DNA of 64,000 nt from assembly GCA_040901985.1 (NCBI GenBank), contig JBBDYC010000008.1, positions 48,490-112,489 on the forward strand. Reading direction: 5' to 3'. The notes under the pieces were generated by a model. It searched no databases and had not been told where the DNA came from. It worked only from the letters and a program-made list of their open reading frames with translations. How positions within the stretch are numbered: position 1 is the first letter of the stretch; every line of letters starts with the position of its first letter. Of this stretch, positions 36,116 through 45,927 are shown one piece after another. The stretch comes from Gemmatimonadaceae bacterium (GTDB lineage: Bacteria > Gemmatimonadota > Gemmatimonadetes > Gemmatimonadales > Gemmatimonadaceae). The translations under genes were made by a program, and so were the position numbers.

Positions 36116-37084
36116 TCAGCCGATGGCGCGCATCGCCCGCCGCAGGAGCGTCTTGGCGAGGGTCACCTTGTAGGCATTCCCCGCAAGCGGTGCCACGTCG
36201 TACATCGCGCGCTCGGCCAAGGGGTCGAGACTCTCCTCGTCGAGCCCGCCGGAAGCGATGTCCTCCTCCACCGAGAGGGCCAGCCGCCAGGGCGCCGCTG
36301 CCACGCCGCCCAGCACGACGCGCACGGCGCCGTCGGTGCGGCGGACGGCCGCGCAGGACACGAGGGCAAAGTCCCACGCGCCCCGCTGCATCAGCTTTTC
36401 CCAGTGCTGCGCGCCTCGCGCGGCAGCAGCCGGCAGTTCCACGCCGACAATCAGGTCGCCCGCGCGGAGCGTCGTCTCGCTCTCTCGGTTGGAGCTGGCG
36501 CCGGCGTACAGCTCGGGGATGCTCAGCTGCCGCACCGTGCCATCGCTGCCGGCGACCTCCACGCGGGCGTCGAGCGCCTCGAGCGCCACTGCGGGGTCGG
36601 AGGGGTGGACCGACCGACACGTGCCGTCGGCGACGATCCCGTGGTAGCGGTGCTCGCCGGCAAAGGCGGCACAACTGGTGCCGCCGTTCTTGAAGCACTG
36701 CACGCCGCGCCGCAGGTACCAGCAGTGCTGCCGCTGCGCGAGGTTGCCGGCGAGGGTCCCCATATTGCGGAGCGCCGGCGTCCCCACGCTCGCCGCCGAC
36801 TCGGCGAGGACCGGGAAGCGCGCGCGCAGGTCTGGGTGGGCCGCGAGGTCGGCAATCCGCACCGCCGCGCCGAGGTGCGCGCTGCCGTCGGGCCGGACGA
36901 GGATCCGTCGGGCGTCGGGGAGCGCGCGGACGTCCACCACGCGGTCGGGCGCGACGAGCCCCTCGGCGATCGTGACGAGGAGGTCCGTTCCCGCGCCGAT
37001 GGCAACCGTGCCGGGAGCGGCGAGGGCGGCGAGGGCCGCCTCGCGCGTGGTGGGCCGCTCGTAGCGGAAGGTCCCCTCGCTCAC
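36116..37084 (-). CDS. Xanthine dehydrogenase-family FAD-binding subunit
   Basis: GAGTDL, LRNMGTLAGNL, HPSD, GGVA, NAYK. Confidence 0.9.
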   Translation of the reverse strand: MSEGTFRYERPTTREAALAALAAPGTVAIGAGTDLLVTIAEGLVAPDRVVDVRALPDARRILVRPDGSAHLGAAVRIADLAAHPDLRARFPVLAESAASVGTPALRNMGTLAGNLAQRQHCWYLRRGVQCFKNGGTSCAAFAGEHRYHGIVADGTCRSVHPSDPAVALEALDARVEVAGSDGTVRQLSIPELYAGASSNRESETTLRAGDLIVGVELPAAAARGAQHWEKLMQRGAWDFALVSCAAVRRTDGAVRVVLGGVAAAPWRLALSVEEDIASGGLDEESLDPLAERAMYDVAPLAGNAYKVTLAKTLLRRAMRAIG

Positions 37085-38082
37085 GGCTTGGGTTCGGCGA
37101 CGGTGAAAAGCGTGAAGACGACCCAATCGCCAAGCGCGCGGCGCGCACGGCCGTCGGCGGCATCGAGGTCGGTGATGGGAACGAAGCTGACGACAGAAAG
37201 CCGCGCGCGCGGGAGCCGGCGGCGCGTGCGCTCGACCGTCCCCATCCGTCGATCGGAGTGGAACGACCCGTTGGCGTGCACCACCAGGGCGCCGTCTGCC
37301 GCCGCCTCGGCGATGGACTCGCCCATCGTCTCGTCCTTCAGGCACTGCGCCTCGTACATCCGCCAGACCGTCGGTTCGACCTCCTCGGGGGCGAGCTGCA
37401 TCCCGTGGCTGCTGAGGTCGCCCATCTGGGCGCGAAAGCGGCGCCAGTAGTCGTCACGAGGGCAGGAGAGTTCGGTGGCGAACAACGCGCGCTCTTCGGC
37501 GGGGAGGGAGTCGAGGGCGGCGAGCCCCCGGCGCGAGACGAGCTGGGCGAAACGCCGCGGGACATTCCCGGCGACGATCGGCCAGTTGCGGCTGCGGGCG
37601 AACTCGACCATCGGACGGTAGTCGGTGGCGTAGCGGGGCCAGGGTCGCGCCGCGGCGAGGAAGGCCGCCTCGTCGTGGGCGCCGGCCAGATACGCGTCGA
37701 GCGGCTGCTGCGCGTCGCGCTCGAACATCTCGAGGGCGAGGACGATCGGCTCGCTGCGCCGCCGCGCGAGGCCCTCGAGGACGGCTTCCTGCAGGCGATG
37801 CGTGGCGGGGTCGTTGTGCTGCTCGCCGAGGAAGATGATCTGCGCAGTCTTGAGCCTGGCGAGCATCGTCTCGAAGTCCACGAAGCGATTGCGCCGGGTG
37901 TCGTAGACCCGGTGCGGGACGTAGCGGTGGACGATGATTTCGACGGCGGGCGGCTCGGTTGGCGGCTCGACGGAAGGCGCGGCGGCGGGCGCGGCGGCGG
38001 GCGCGGCCTGACCGAGTGCGCCGGTGGAAATGGCGCAACTGGAGGCGAAAATTGCAGTTGTTATAAAGTAATATGCTTTCAT
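37081..38082 (-). CDS. ChaN-like (heme/iron uptake) exported protein
   Basis: FLGEQHND, LALEMF, KDETM, NGSFH. Confidence 0.8.
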   Translation of the reverse strand: MKAYYFITTAIFASSCAISTGALGQAAPAAAPAAAPSVEPPTEPPAVEIIVHRYVPHRVYDTRRNRFVDFETMLARLKTAQIIFLGEQHNDPATHRLQEAVLEGLARRRSEPIVLALEMFERDAQQPLDAYLAGAHDEAAFLAAARPWPRYATDYRPMVEFARSRNWPIVAGNVPRRFAQLVSRRGLAALDSLPAEERALFATELSCPRDDYWRRFRAQMGDLSSHGMQLAPEEVEPTVWRMYEAQCLKDETMGESIAEAAADGALVVHANGSFHSDRRMGTVERTRRRLPRARLSVVSFVPITDLDAADGRARRALGDWVVFTLFTVAEPKP

Positions 38083-38291
38083 AACTGCTTAACTCCTGAA
38101 TTCGCGCCGCCGGCAGTGCATCGCAAATAAGCCTAGTTGTAAGCAGTAAACAGTGTTAAGCTTCTAAATCTATTTATGGTGCAAATCTGACCGATCTCCT
38201 AAGCGAGACCACTGCTCGCCTCCTTGAAGAGGCGAGTGACGAGGCCGCGCGGCTCGACACCCTCTGCGCCGTCGCGCCTCCGGCGGCCGCG

Positions 38292-39143
38292 TTGGCGCTC
38301 CGGGCGGCTGCCCTTGCCGCCTTGGCTGAAGGTACGCCGCGTGCGCTCGCCCTGCTGGTCGCGGTCCAGGGCTCGTCGGGCCACGCCCTCCCGCCCGACC
38401 TGGCGCGCTGGCGCGCAATCGCCGAGGAGGAGGAGCGTCGGGCCCGCGGTGGGGCGGTCCTCTCGGCGGCACGGGTGGCGGCGCTCAGCGCACCGGTCGT
38501 CGGAAAGGCCGCGCGCGCCGATGCCGATGCGGTTGCCGATTCCGTCGCCGACCCCGTCGCGCTCGACGACGCGCTCCGGCCCGGCGGCGTACCCCGGCCG
38601 GCCTGGCTCCGCGCGGCCGCCGCGGCGGCCGCGATTGACGACCCGGCCACGGGCGATCTCATTGCCGCGCTCCTCCTCTGTGCCGCCGGGACGACCGGCC
38701 GTCTCCTCTTCCTCCCCTTCGCCGCCGTCGAGGCGACCGAGCGCGCGGAGGCAGTCGCCGCCTGGCGCGCCGGCGACCACGACCCGTGGGCACGCGCGGC
38801 ACTCGGCGCCGCGGCAGGGACGGTCCGCCATCTCCGCGTCGCCGTCCACCGGTTCGTCCGCGGGCTCGGTGAGGACGAGGCGCGGCTCGAGACGCTCGGC
38901 CGCGCCGCCATCACCGCACGGCGGGCGCTCGCGCACCTCCGCTCGGAGCTCGCCCTCACCGTGCCGACGCTCGCCGGCCGGCTCGGCGGCTCGCGGCCGG
39001 CGGCGGGGGACGCGCTCGAACGCCTTCGCGAGCTCGGGGTCGCCACCGAAGTCACCGGGCGCGGCCGCGACCGCGTCTTCGCGCTCACTGCCGCGCTCGC
39101 ACTCGTTGCGTCGCCGTCAGAGTTCGGCGTCGAAAAACCGTGA
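38292..39143 (+). CDS. Degenerate Fic-like protein with C-terminal wHTH
   Basis: LGVATEVTGRGRDRVF tail typical of Fic-HTH proteins; no HPFxxGNGR; start uncertain. Confidence 0.5.
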   Translation: MALRAAALAALAEGTPRALALLVAVQGSSGHALPPDLARWRAIAEEEERRARGGAVLSAARVAALSAPVVGKAARADADAVADSVADPVALDDALRPGGVPRPAWLRAAAAAAAIDDPATGDLIAALLLCAAGTTGRLLFLPFAAVEATERAEAVAAWRAGDHDPWARAALGAAAGTVRHLRVAVHRFVRGLGEDEARLETLGRAAITARRALAHLRSELALTVPTLAGRLGGSRPAAGDALERLRELGVATEVTGRGRDRVFALTAALALVASPSEFGVEKP

Positions 39144-39174
39144 CCTGAACCGACGCGCACTCGTAGTCCCGGTG

Positions 39175-39729
39175 ATGAGACTCCAACTTCACGCGCTCCT
39201 CGTCGCCGTGGTGACGGTCGCTGGCTGCAGCGGCCCGCCGGCGAGCGAGATCCCGCGCCCGATGACCGAGCGTGAGTACCTCCGTTCGCGCAAGATGATG
39301 GTTCCGGTGCACGGCGTCAGGCGCTCGCAGCTGCGCGACACCTACAACGCGCAGCGCAACGGCGGGCGTGCGCACCTCGCGCTCGACGTGATGGCCCGGC
39401 GCGGCACTCGGGTCGTGGCGGCCGACGCCGGCACCGTCCGCCGCATAGACTCCAACGCGCTCGGCGGACGGACGGTGTATGTGGTGGACCACGCGCAGCG
39501 CTTCGTCCACTACTACGCGCACCTCGACCGCTGGGCCCCAGGCCTCACCGTGGGGATGACGGTCAACCGAGGACAGGTCCTCGGTACGGTTGGCACCACC
39601 GGCAACGCGCCGTCCAACGCCCCACACCTGCATTACCAACTGTTGCGCTACCGAAACACCCGGATGTGGTGGACCGGAGATCCGGTCAACCCGATCCGCT
39701 ACCTGACCAGGCGAGGCCGAGCGAGATGA
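39175..39729 (+). CDS. M23 family metallopeptidase (probable lipoprotein)
   Basis: VAGC lipobox; HLALD, YAHLD, PHLHY. Confidence 0.9.
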   Translation: MRLQLHALLVAVVTVAGCSGPPASEIPRPMTEREYLRSRKMMVPVHGVRRSQLRDTYNAQRNGGRAHLALDVMARRGTRVVAADAGTVRRIDSNALGGRTVYVVDHAQRFVHYYAHLDRWAPGLTVGMTVNRGQVLGTVGTTGNAPSNAPHLHYQLLRYRNTRMWWTGDPVNPIRYLTRRGRAR

Positions 39730-40043
39730 CTGCAGCGATGACCGGAAAGGAGCGCGCCGCCCTCCGTTCCGAGTGCAACCGCCTCAAGCCGCAGGTCCAC
39801 ATCGGCCAGGAAGGGATCACTCCCGCGCTCGCCGCGGCGCTCGACGACGCGCTGCGGACACGCGAACTCGTAAAGGTGCAGCTCAACCGGACCGCCGGCG
39901 TCAGCGCGCGGGACGCCGCCGTGTCGCTCGCCAAGCGGGTGCGCGCCGAGGTGATCCAGGTGATAGGGCGGACGACGACGCTCTACCGCCACAACCCGCA
40001 GCTCAAGCGAAAGGCCGGCGCGGCTCCGCCCTGGCGTGACTGA
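39726..40043 (+). CDS. yhbY: YhbY/CRM RNA-binding protein
   Basis: LKPQVHIGQEG...ELVKV...QVIG. Confidence 0.9.
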   Translation: MTAAMTGKERAALRSECNRLKPQVHIGQEGITPALAAALDDALRTRELVKVQLNRTAGVSARDAAVSLAKRVRAEVIQVIGRTTTLYRHNPQLKRKAGAAPPWRD

Positions 40044-40085
40044 CTGGCGCGACTGGCGCGACTGGCGCTCGCGCGTCCGGCGCGA

Positions 40086-42443
40086 TCAGCGGGCGCGCTC
40101 GAGCGCCGCGAGCACGCGCCAGGGCGTCATCGGCAGTTCCAGCACGTCCACGCCCACCGCGTCGGCCACCGCGCCGGCAATTGCCGGCGCGGTCGGGATG
40201 ATAGCCGGCTCGGCGATCCCGCGCGCGCCGACGTGGTTGGCCTTGGGGTCGGCGCCGTCGAGAAAATGCCCGTCAATCTCGGGGATGTCGGCCATCGTCG
40301 GGATCTTGTAGGAGTGCAGCCCCGTGTTGAGCGGCAGACCCAGCCGCGCGTCGAGCGCACGCTCCTCGAAGAGCGCGAAGCCCAGTCCCTGGATGATTCC
40401 GCCCTCGAGCTGCGACTCGGCGAGCGTCGGGTTCACGATTCGCCCCGCGTCGTGTACGGCAACGATCCGCACCACGCGCACGATCCCGGTCTCGACGTCC
40501 ACCTCGACCTCGGCGAACTGCGCGCCGGTCGTGACGATTCCCGCGTCCTGCGGGTTGGGGCCACGCGAGCCCTGGCCGATGATCATCACGTTGCCGAGCT
40601 TGGCGGTGACGTCGCCGAAGCGCATCGCGCGGTCGGTGTCGCGGACGCGGACCTCGCCGTTGATGGTCTCGAGCGCATCCATCGGCGCGTCGAGCATCCC
40701 GGCGGCCGCCTCGACCAGCGCGCGCCGCGCGTCCTCGGCGGCCATCCGCACCGCGGGCGCCAGCGACGCGACGGTCATCGATCCCCACGAGTTGCCGGCG
40801 TAGGGGCCGCTCGCCGTGTCGCCGATCACCGCGCGCACCTTGGCGAGTTCGTGGCCGAGGGCCTCCGCCGCCACCTGGGTGAGGATCGTCCGCGTGCCGG
40901 TGCCGAGGTCCTGTGATCCGGTGAGGACGTCGGCGGTGCCGTCGGTGTTGATGCGCACCGTGGCGTACGAGGGCGGCCCGCCGCCGGTGGACCAGATCTG
41001 CGCCGCGACGCCCACGCCGCGTCGGAGGTGCGCGCGACCCGCGGGCGCGCCGCTCGCGGAGGTGCTTTCCGCGGCGCTGCCAGTCGCGGCGCGCCTTTCG
41101 CTCCAGCCAAACCGGCGTGCGCCCTCGGCGTAGCACTCGGCAAGCCGATTCCCCGTGTAGGGCCGGTCCTTCTTTTGGTCGCGTGTGGCGAGATTCCTTC
41201 GCCGGAGCTCGAGCGGATCCATCCCGAGAGCGCGCGCGAGCGCGTTCATCGCGATCTCCAGCCCCACCGCGCCCTCGGCGTGGCCCGGTGCGCGGAACGC
41301 CGCCATCGCCGCCGTGTTCACGAACGCGAACGTCTCCTGCGTGCGCACGTTGGGGCAGGCGTAGAGCTCGTGGTAGATCTCCCCCGGGCCGCCCTCCCAG
41401 CCGCCGATGCCGAGGGGCACCTCGGCGACCATCTCGATCGCGGTGAGGGTGCCGTCGCGGCGCGCGCCGAGCGTGACGCGCTGCGCGCTCGCGGGGCGGT
41501 TGCCGGTGTCCAACTGTTCACCCAGGCGGTCCACGACGCAGGCGACCGGACGTCCGAGCCGACGCGCGAAAAGCGCGGCGATGTAGGTGTGGGCGCCGGC
41601 GTAGTTCTTGGCGCCGAAGCCGCCGCCCATCGCCTCGCAGATCACGCGCACGTCGGTGAGCGGTAGCCCAAGCGCCTTGGCGACGTTGTCGCGCACGCGG
41701 TAGATGCCCTGCGTGCTCTCCCAGATCGTGACGCGGTTGTCCTCCCACTCGGCCACCGCGCTGTGCGGTTCAAGCGCGCTGTGGAGTGCGCACGGCGTGC
41801 GCACCTCGCGCGTGACGGTGACATCTGCTGCGGCGAGGCCGGCGACGACGTCGCCGCGCGCGTGTGTGCGCGGCTCGCCGAAGAGCAGGTTGCCCTTGAG
41901 ACCCGGGCGGACGGGTTGCTGTGCCGCGTCGGCGGCGATGGCGTCGGCGACCGTCACCGCGTGCGGCCGCGGCTCGATCTCGACGACCACGGCACGCGCC
42001 GCGCGCTCGGCGATCGCGCGCGTGGTGGCGCAGATGGCGGCAAGCGGTTGCCCGACGTAGGTGACTTCGCTCGAAAAAAGCCGTGTCCGCGCCGGGACGT
42101 CGGCGGCGAGCAGGACGTCGAGCACACCCGGCATCGCGAGTGCGGCGCTGGCGTCGAGCCGCGTGACCCGTCCGCGCGGGACCTTCGCGCGGACCATCAC
42201 CGCGTCGGCTTGGCGGGCCCGGCGCACGTCGGTTGTGTACGGGGAGCGCCCGCGCGCCTTGGCCTCGGCGTCCACGCGCACCGCACGCGCCCCGACGTGC
42301 GTGAGCCGGGCGTCGGGGCCCCACGGTTCAGGTTCGAACGCCGGCACCTCGACCACCAGCTCCTCGGTGCGGCCCTCGACTTCCACCGTGGTCCGGATGA
42401 AGCGCTGTTTCACGTGCGGCTGTTTCGCGCGAGGCTTCTTCAC
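40086..42443 (-). CDS. Xanthine dehydrogenase-family molybdopterin subunit
   Basis: GGGFGAK, FRAPG, QDLGTG, QLEGGIIQGLG, GIAEP. Confidence 0.92.
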   Translation of the reverse strand: MKKPRAKQPHVKQRFIRTTVEVEGRTEELVVEVPAFEPEPWGPDARLTHVGARAVRVDAEAKARGRSPYTTDVRRARQADAVMVRAKVPRGRVTRLDASAALAMPGVLDVLLAADVPARTRLFSSEVTYVGQPLAAICATTRAIAERAARAVVVEIEPRPHAVTVADAIAADAAQQPVRPGLKGNLLFGEPRTHARGDVVAGLAAADVTVTREVRTPCALHSALEPHSAVAEWEDNRVTIWESTQGIYRVRDNVAKALGLPLTDVRVICEAMGGGFGAKNYAGAHTYIAALFARRLGRPVACVVDRLGEQLDTGNRPASAQRVTLGARRDGTLTAIEMVAEVPLGIGGWEGGPGEIYHELYACPNVRTQETFAFVNTAAMAAFRAPGHAEGAVGLEIAMNALARALGMDPLELRRRNLATRDQKKDRPYTGNRLAECYAEGARRFGWSERRAATGSAAESTSASGAPAGRAHLRRGVGVAAQIWSTGGGPPSYATVRINTDGTADVLTGSQDLGTGTRTILTQVAAEALGHELAKVRAVIGDTASGPYAGNSWGSMTVASLAPAVRMAAEDARRALVEAAAGMLDAPMDALETINGEVRVRDTDRAMRFGDVTAKLGNVMIIGQGSRGPNPQDAGIVTTGAQFAEVEVDVETGIVRVVRIVAVHDAGRIVNPTLAESQLEGGIIQGLGFALFEERALDARLGLPLNTGLHSYKIPTMADIPEIDGHFLDGADPKANHVGARGIAEPAIIPTAPAIAGAVADAVGVDVLELPMTPWRVLAALERAR

Positions 42444-42898
42444 GTGCGCATCGCGGCGGCGGCCCGCCGCACGGCCTTCACGATCTTCGGGTAGGTCCCG
42501 CAGCGGCAGAGGTTTCCGCTCATCGCCGCGCGGATCTCGTCGTCGGTCGGGTCGGGGGTGGCCGCCAGCAACGCCGCCGCGGCCATCAGCTGTCCGGGTG
42601 TGCAGAACCCGCACTGCACGGCATCCTCGCGGGCGAATGCGTCCTGGAGCGGATGGGCATCGGCGCCGGTGGCGAGACCTTCGATCGTGGTCACCCGCTG
42701 GCCGTCGCACCCGTTGGCGAGCGTGACGCAGGAATAGACCGGGTCGCCGTCGAGGAGCACCGTGCAGGCGCCGCATTCGCCGCGGTCGCAGACGCGCTTG
42801 GTCCCGGTCAGCCCGAAGTGGTTCCGGAGCAGGTCGAGAAGGGTGACGTCGCCCGCGGGGTCCGCCGTCAGCTCGCGGCCGTTCAGATGGAGTCGCAC
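42440..42898 (-). CDS. Xanthine dehydrogenase-family 2x[2Fe-2S] subunit
   Basis: CDRGECGACT, QCGFCTPG, NLCRC. Confidence 0.95.
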   Translation of the reverse strand: MRLHLNGRELTADPAGDVTLLDLLRNHFGLTGTKRVCDRGECGACTVLLDGDPVYSCVTLANGCDGQRVTTIEGLATGADAHPLQDAFAREDAVQCGFCTPGQLMAAAALLAATPDPTDDEIRAAMSGNLCRCGTYPKIVKAVRRAAAAMRT

Positions 42899-43024
42899 CT
42901 CAGGGATTTACCGGGACGCGCGAGGACTGTCCAGCCGCCGTGACGCGTCGGGGTGCCGTACCGTCCTTGGTTCGCCTATCTTCAGCCCGTAGGCGCCCGC
43001 GTTGGCACTCCCACTGAGGACCGC

Positions 43025-43288
43025 ATGCCGTACGTGATCACGGAAGCCTGCATCAACACCAAGGACCGGTCCTGCGTGGACGTCTGTCCGGTGGATTGCA
43101 TATATGAGGGTCCGGACCAGCTCTTCATCCACCCCGACGAGTGCATTGACTGCGGCGCGTGCGAGCCGGAGTGTCCGGTGACGGCAATCTTCCCGGAAGA
43201 GGACGTGCCGGCGAACCTCAAGAGCTACATCGCGCTCAACCGCGAGGTCTTTGAGAAGGAGCCGAAGCCGGGGCGGCCGCAACGCTGA
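43025..43288 (+). CDS. fdxA: Dicluster ferredoxin
   Basis: [17 protein letters not shown]...[12 protein letters not shown]. Confidence 0.9.
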   Translation: MPYVITEACINTKDRSCVDVCPVDCIYEGPDQLFIHPDECIDCGACEPECPVTAIFPEEDVPANLKSYIALNREVFEKEPKPGRPQR

Positions 43289-43303
43289 CTACCCTTTCCC
43301 CTT

Positions 43304-43915
43304 TCACCTCAAGTCCAGCCTGTCCTTCAGCACAAAGAGCGAGATGATCACGATGTATTGAAGGAAGGTGCTGATCTCGCTCTTCCACGCCTCGGCCCAG
43401 TAGAACTCGCCGTCGCTGCGGCCCGTCGGCGGCCGTGGCATCCAGCGCGGGGTGCGCGCCTTGTAGGCGAGGTACTCGCCGGCGAAGATGCTCTCCAGCA
43501 CGCCCTCCTCATAGCGCACGATGTAGTAGTATTCGAGCGCGAAGATCACCGCGGCGACGGGGAGGAACCAGAGGACGCCGCTCAGCGTGATGATTCCCAT
43601 CCAGATGAGAAAGTTGCCGTTGTAGAGCGGGTTGCGGCTCCAGGCAAAGGGACCGTGGGTGACGAGCTTCTGCACGTCGCGCGAACGGCGGCGGGTCACG
43701 GTGCCGGCCGTCGCCACGCCCCAGAGCCGCCACGCCTCGCCGAGCACCATCAGCGCCGCGGCGATCCAGGTCGTGCACGGCGTCATCCCTCCGCTCGAGA
43801 GGAGCGGGACAAGGAGGAACGGCACCGGCAGCCAGCCGCGGTTGCGGAATATCACGGCGCCGATGCGCGCGGCCTGGGTCTGTTCGGCGGCGCTCGGACC
43901 GGCGGGAGCCGACAT
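43304..43915 (-). CDS. ICMT/PEMT-family membrane methyltransferase
   Basis: LVTHGPFAWSRNPLY, EE...F...Y..Y..RTPRW. Confidence 0.85.
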   Translation of the reverse strand: MSAPAGPSAAEQTQAARIGAVIFRNRGWLPVPFLLVPLLSSGGMTPCTTWIAAALMVLGEAWRLWGVATAGTVTRRRSRDVQKLVTHGPFAWSRNPLYNGNFLIWMGIITLSGVLWFLPVAAVIFALEYYYIVRYEEGVLESIFAGEYLAYKARTPRWMPRPPTGRSDGEFYWAEAWKSEISTFLQYIVIISLFVLKDRLDLR

Positions 43916-44706
43916 CAGCGCACGCTCGCCGTGATGAATCCGGAGAGCAGGGCGTTGAAGGCGGCGGGATGTTCGACGCAGCTGGCGTGGCCGGCGCCGG
44001 GAATCACCGCCAGCTGGCTCTTGGCGATCGCCTTGTGCATCGCCTCCGACTCGGCCACCGGCGTCAGCGCGTCCTCGGCGCCGCAGATGATCAGCGTCGG
44101 CACGAGGATCGTCGCGAGGGTCGGCGTGGAATCGTCGCGCGTGCGCATCGCGTCGAGTGCGTCGGTGATTGCCTCCACGCTGCACGCGCGCATCATTTCG
44201 TCGAGCAGGGCGACGGCCGTTGGCCGCGTCTCACGCGTCGTCTTGCCGACCATTCCGGGGAGCATCTTCTCTGCGACCGCGCCGGCGCCGTGGGCCGCCG
44301 CGAGCGCCTGCATCTCCAAGCGCTTGGCCTTGCCTTCGGCGGAATCGGCGCCGGCCTTCGTGTCGGCGAGCACGAGCGCGGTCACGCGTTCGGGGTGACG
44401 CCGCCAGATCGCGAAGGTGAGGTAGCCGCCCATCGAGAGGCCGCCCACCACCACGTGGTCGAGGCCGAGCGCATCGCAGAACGCCATCGCCCAGTCGGCC
44501 CACGCGTCGAGCGACGGCACGTCCACGCGCTGACTCTCGCCGAACCCCGGGAGGTCGGGCGCGATGAGTCGCACGCCTTCGGGCGGCGCGGCGAGTTGCG
44601 CGGCCCAGAACGACCGGTCGTGCGGGAAGCCGTGGAGCAGGAGCATCGGGAGCCCGGCCCCGGCCTCGTCGAACCCCACCGTCCCCGCCTTGGTGGCGAT
44701 GATCAC
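43915..44706 (-). CDS. Alpha/beta hydrolase
   Basis: LHGFP, PDLPGFG, GLSMGG, GH. Confidence 0.92.
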   Translation of the reverse strand: MIIATKAGTVGFDEAGAGLPMLLLHGFPHDRSFWAAQLAAPPEGVRLIAPDLPGFGESQRVDVPSLDAWADWAMAFCDALGLDHVVVGGLSMGGYLTFAIWRRHPERVTALVLADTKAGADSAEGKAKRLEMQALAAAHGAGAVAEKMLPGMVGKTTRETRPTAVALLDEMMRACSVEAITDALDAMRTRDDSTPTLATILVPTLIICGAEDALTPVAESEAMHKAIAKSQLAVIPGAGHASCVEHPAAFNALLSGFITASVR

Positions 44707-45821
44707 AGCTCCTTCCCCCCGGGCACCGGCATCTCGACCGTCGGCAGCGGCGGCAACTCGTCGTCCACCCAGAGCGTCCGCACCGCCACGACGGCGGTGG
44801 CAAGGAGCGGGATGGCCACAAAGAGGCCGAGGAAGCCGAACACGTACGCCATCACCACCTGGGTGATGAGCGTCAGCGCCGGCGGCAGGTCGAGCTGCTC
44901 GCTCATCAGGTACGGGATGAGGAGATTGTTCTCGAGGAACTGGATGCCCCAGTAGACGGCGGCTACCGTGAGCGCTTTTTCCGGGGAGTCCACGAAGCCC
45001 ATCAGCACGGCCGGCACGCCAGCCAATAGCGGCCCGATGTTGGGAATGAACTCAAAGAGGCCGGCGAGCACGCCGAGCGGCAGCGCTGCGCGCACGTCGA
45101 GGAGCAAGAGGACGAGCGTCGTCACGGCGCCGATCACCAACATCGCAATCAACTGCGTGGCGAACCAGGTGCGGAGGACGGTGCCGAGCTTGGCGAGGAG
45201 TTCGGCAACGCGGTCGCGACGCTCCAGCGGTACGAGGAGGAGGGCGCCGCGGCGATAGACGCCGGGGTCGGCGGCGACGTACAGCGCAAGGAAGATCACG
45301 AGGACGACGGCCGCGGCGACGAGCACCGTGGACTGCAGCACGCCGAACGCAAAATCGGTGAGCTGCGGGGCGTTCTTGGAGACCATCGCCACGAGCCGGC
45401 TCCCGCCAGCGCTGTCGGCAGGCGCGATCATATCGAGCAGCTGGGGCTGGCTCGCCACAAGCGCGTTCTCGATCTTCACCAGCGCCTCGGGGAGCTTGGT
45501 GCGCAGTTCGTGCGACTGCTCGACGAGCGCCGGGCCTGACCAGACGACGAAGACCACAAAAAGTCCGACGATGCCGAAGACCACGCCGGCGGCGACGATC
45601 TGCCGCCGGATCTGTGCGCGGGCGCAGATCCAGTCCACCGCCCGCGCCGCCGAGAGCCCGAGGAGGATGCCGAGGAAGGCGGTGAGGACGAGGAACCGCG
45701 CCGCCCAGAGGAGTTGGAGGGCGACCAGGGTTGCGACCACGATGAGGGCGGCGCGGACGAGGTCGGTGGAGCCGAGCGGACGCTCTGGGCGCGGGGCTTG
45801 GATGCTGGAGGTCAGGCGCAT
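44703..45821 (-). CDS. AI-2E family transporter
   Basis: FIPNIGP, QFLENNLLIP, GFLGLFVAIP. Confidence 0.88.
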   Translation of the reverse strand: MRLTSSIQAPRPERPLGSTDLVRAALIVVATLVALQLLWAARFLVLTAFLGILLGLSAARAVDWICARAQIRRQIVAAGVVFGIVGLFVVFVVWSGPALVEQSHELRTKLPEALVKIENALVASQPQLLDMIAPADSAGGSRLVAMVSKNAPQLTDFAFGVLQSTVLVAAAVVLVIFLALYVAADPGVYRRGALLLVPLERRDRVAELLAKLGTVLRTWFATQLIAMLVIGAVTTLVLLLLDVRAALPLGVLAGLFEFIPNIGPLLAGVPAVLMGFVDSPEKALTVAAVYWGIQFLENNLLIPYLMSEQLDLPPALTLITQVVMAYVFGFLGLFVAIPLLATAVVAVRTLWVDDELPPLPTVEMPVPGGKEL

Positions 45822-45927
45822 CGGGACGAGGTGGAGGTGGCCAGCCCGGAGAAGTAGGCGGGTGCGGATGCGTGGGGCAAGGGCCCCACCGTTAGATTGG
45901 GGTCACCCCGCACCCAAGCCCATTTTC

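Noticed and set aside
38050..38090. dif site or origin in AT-rich palindrome
   Set aside because: Only one arm resembles the consensus; no DnaA-box cluster seen
40044..40070. GACTGGCGC x3 tandem repeat
   Set aside because: Short intergenic slippage between convergent genes; no evidence of function
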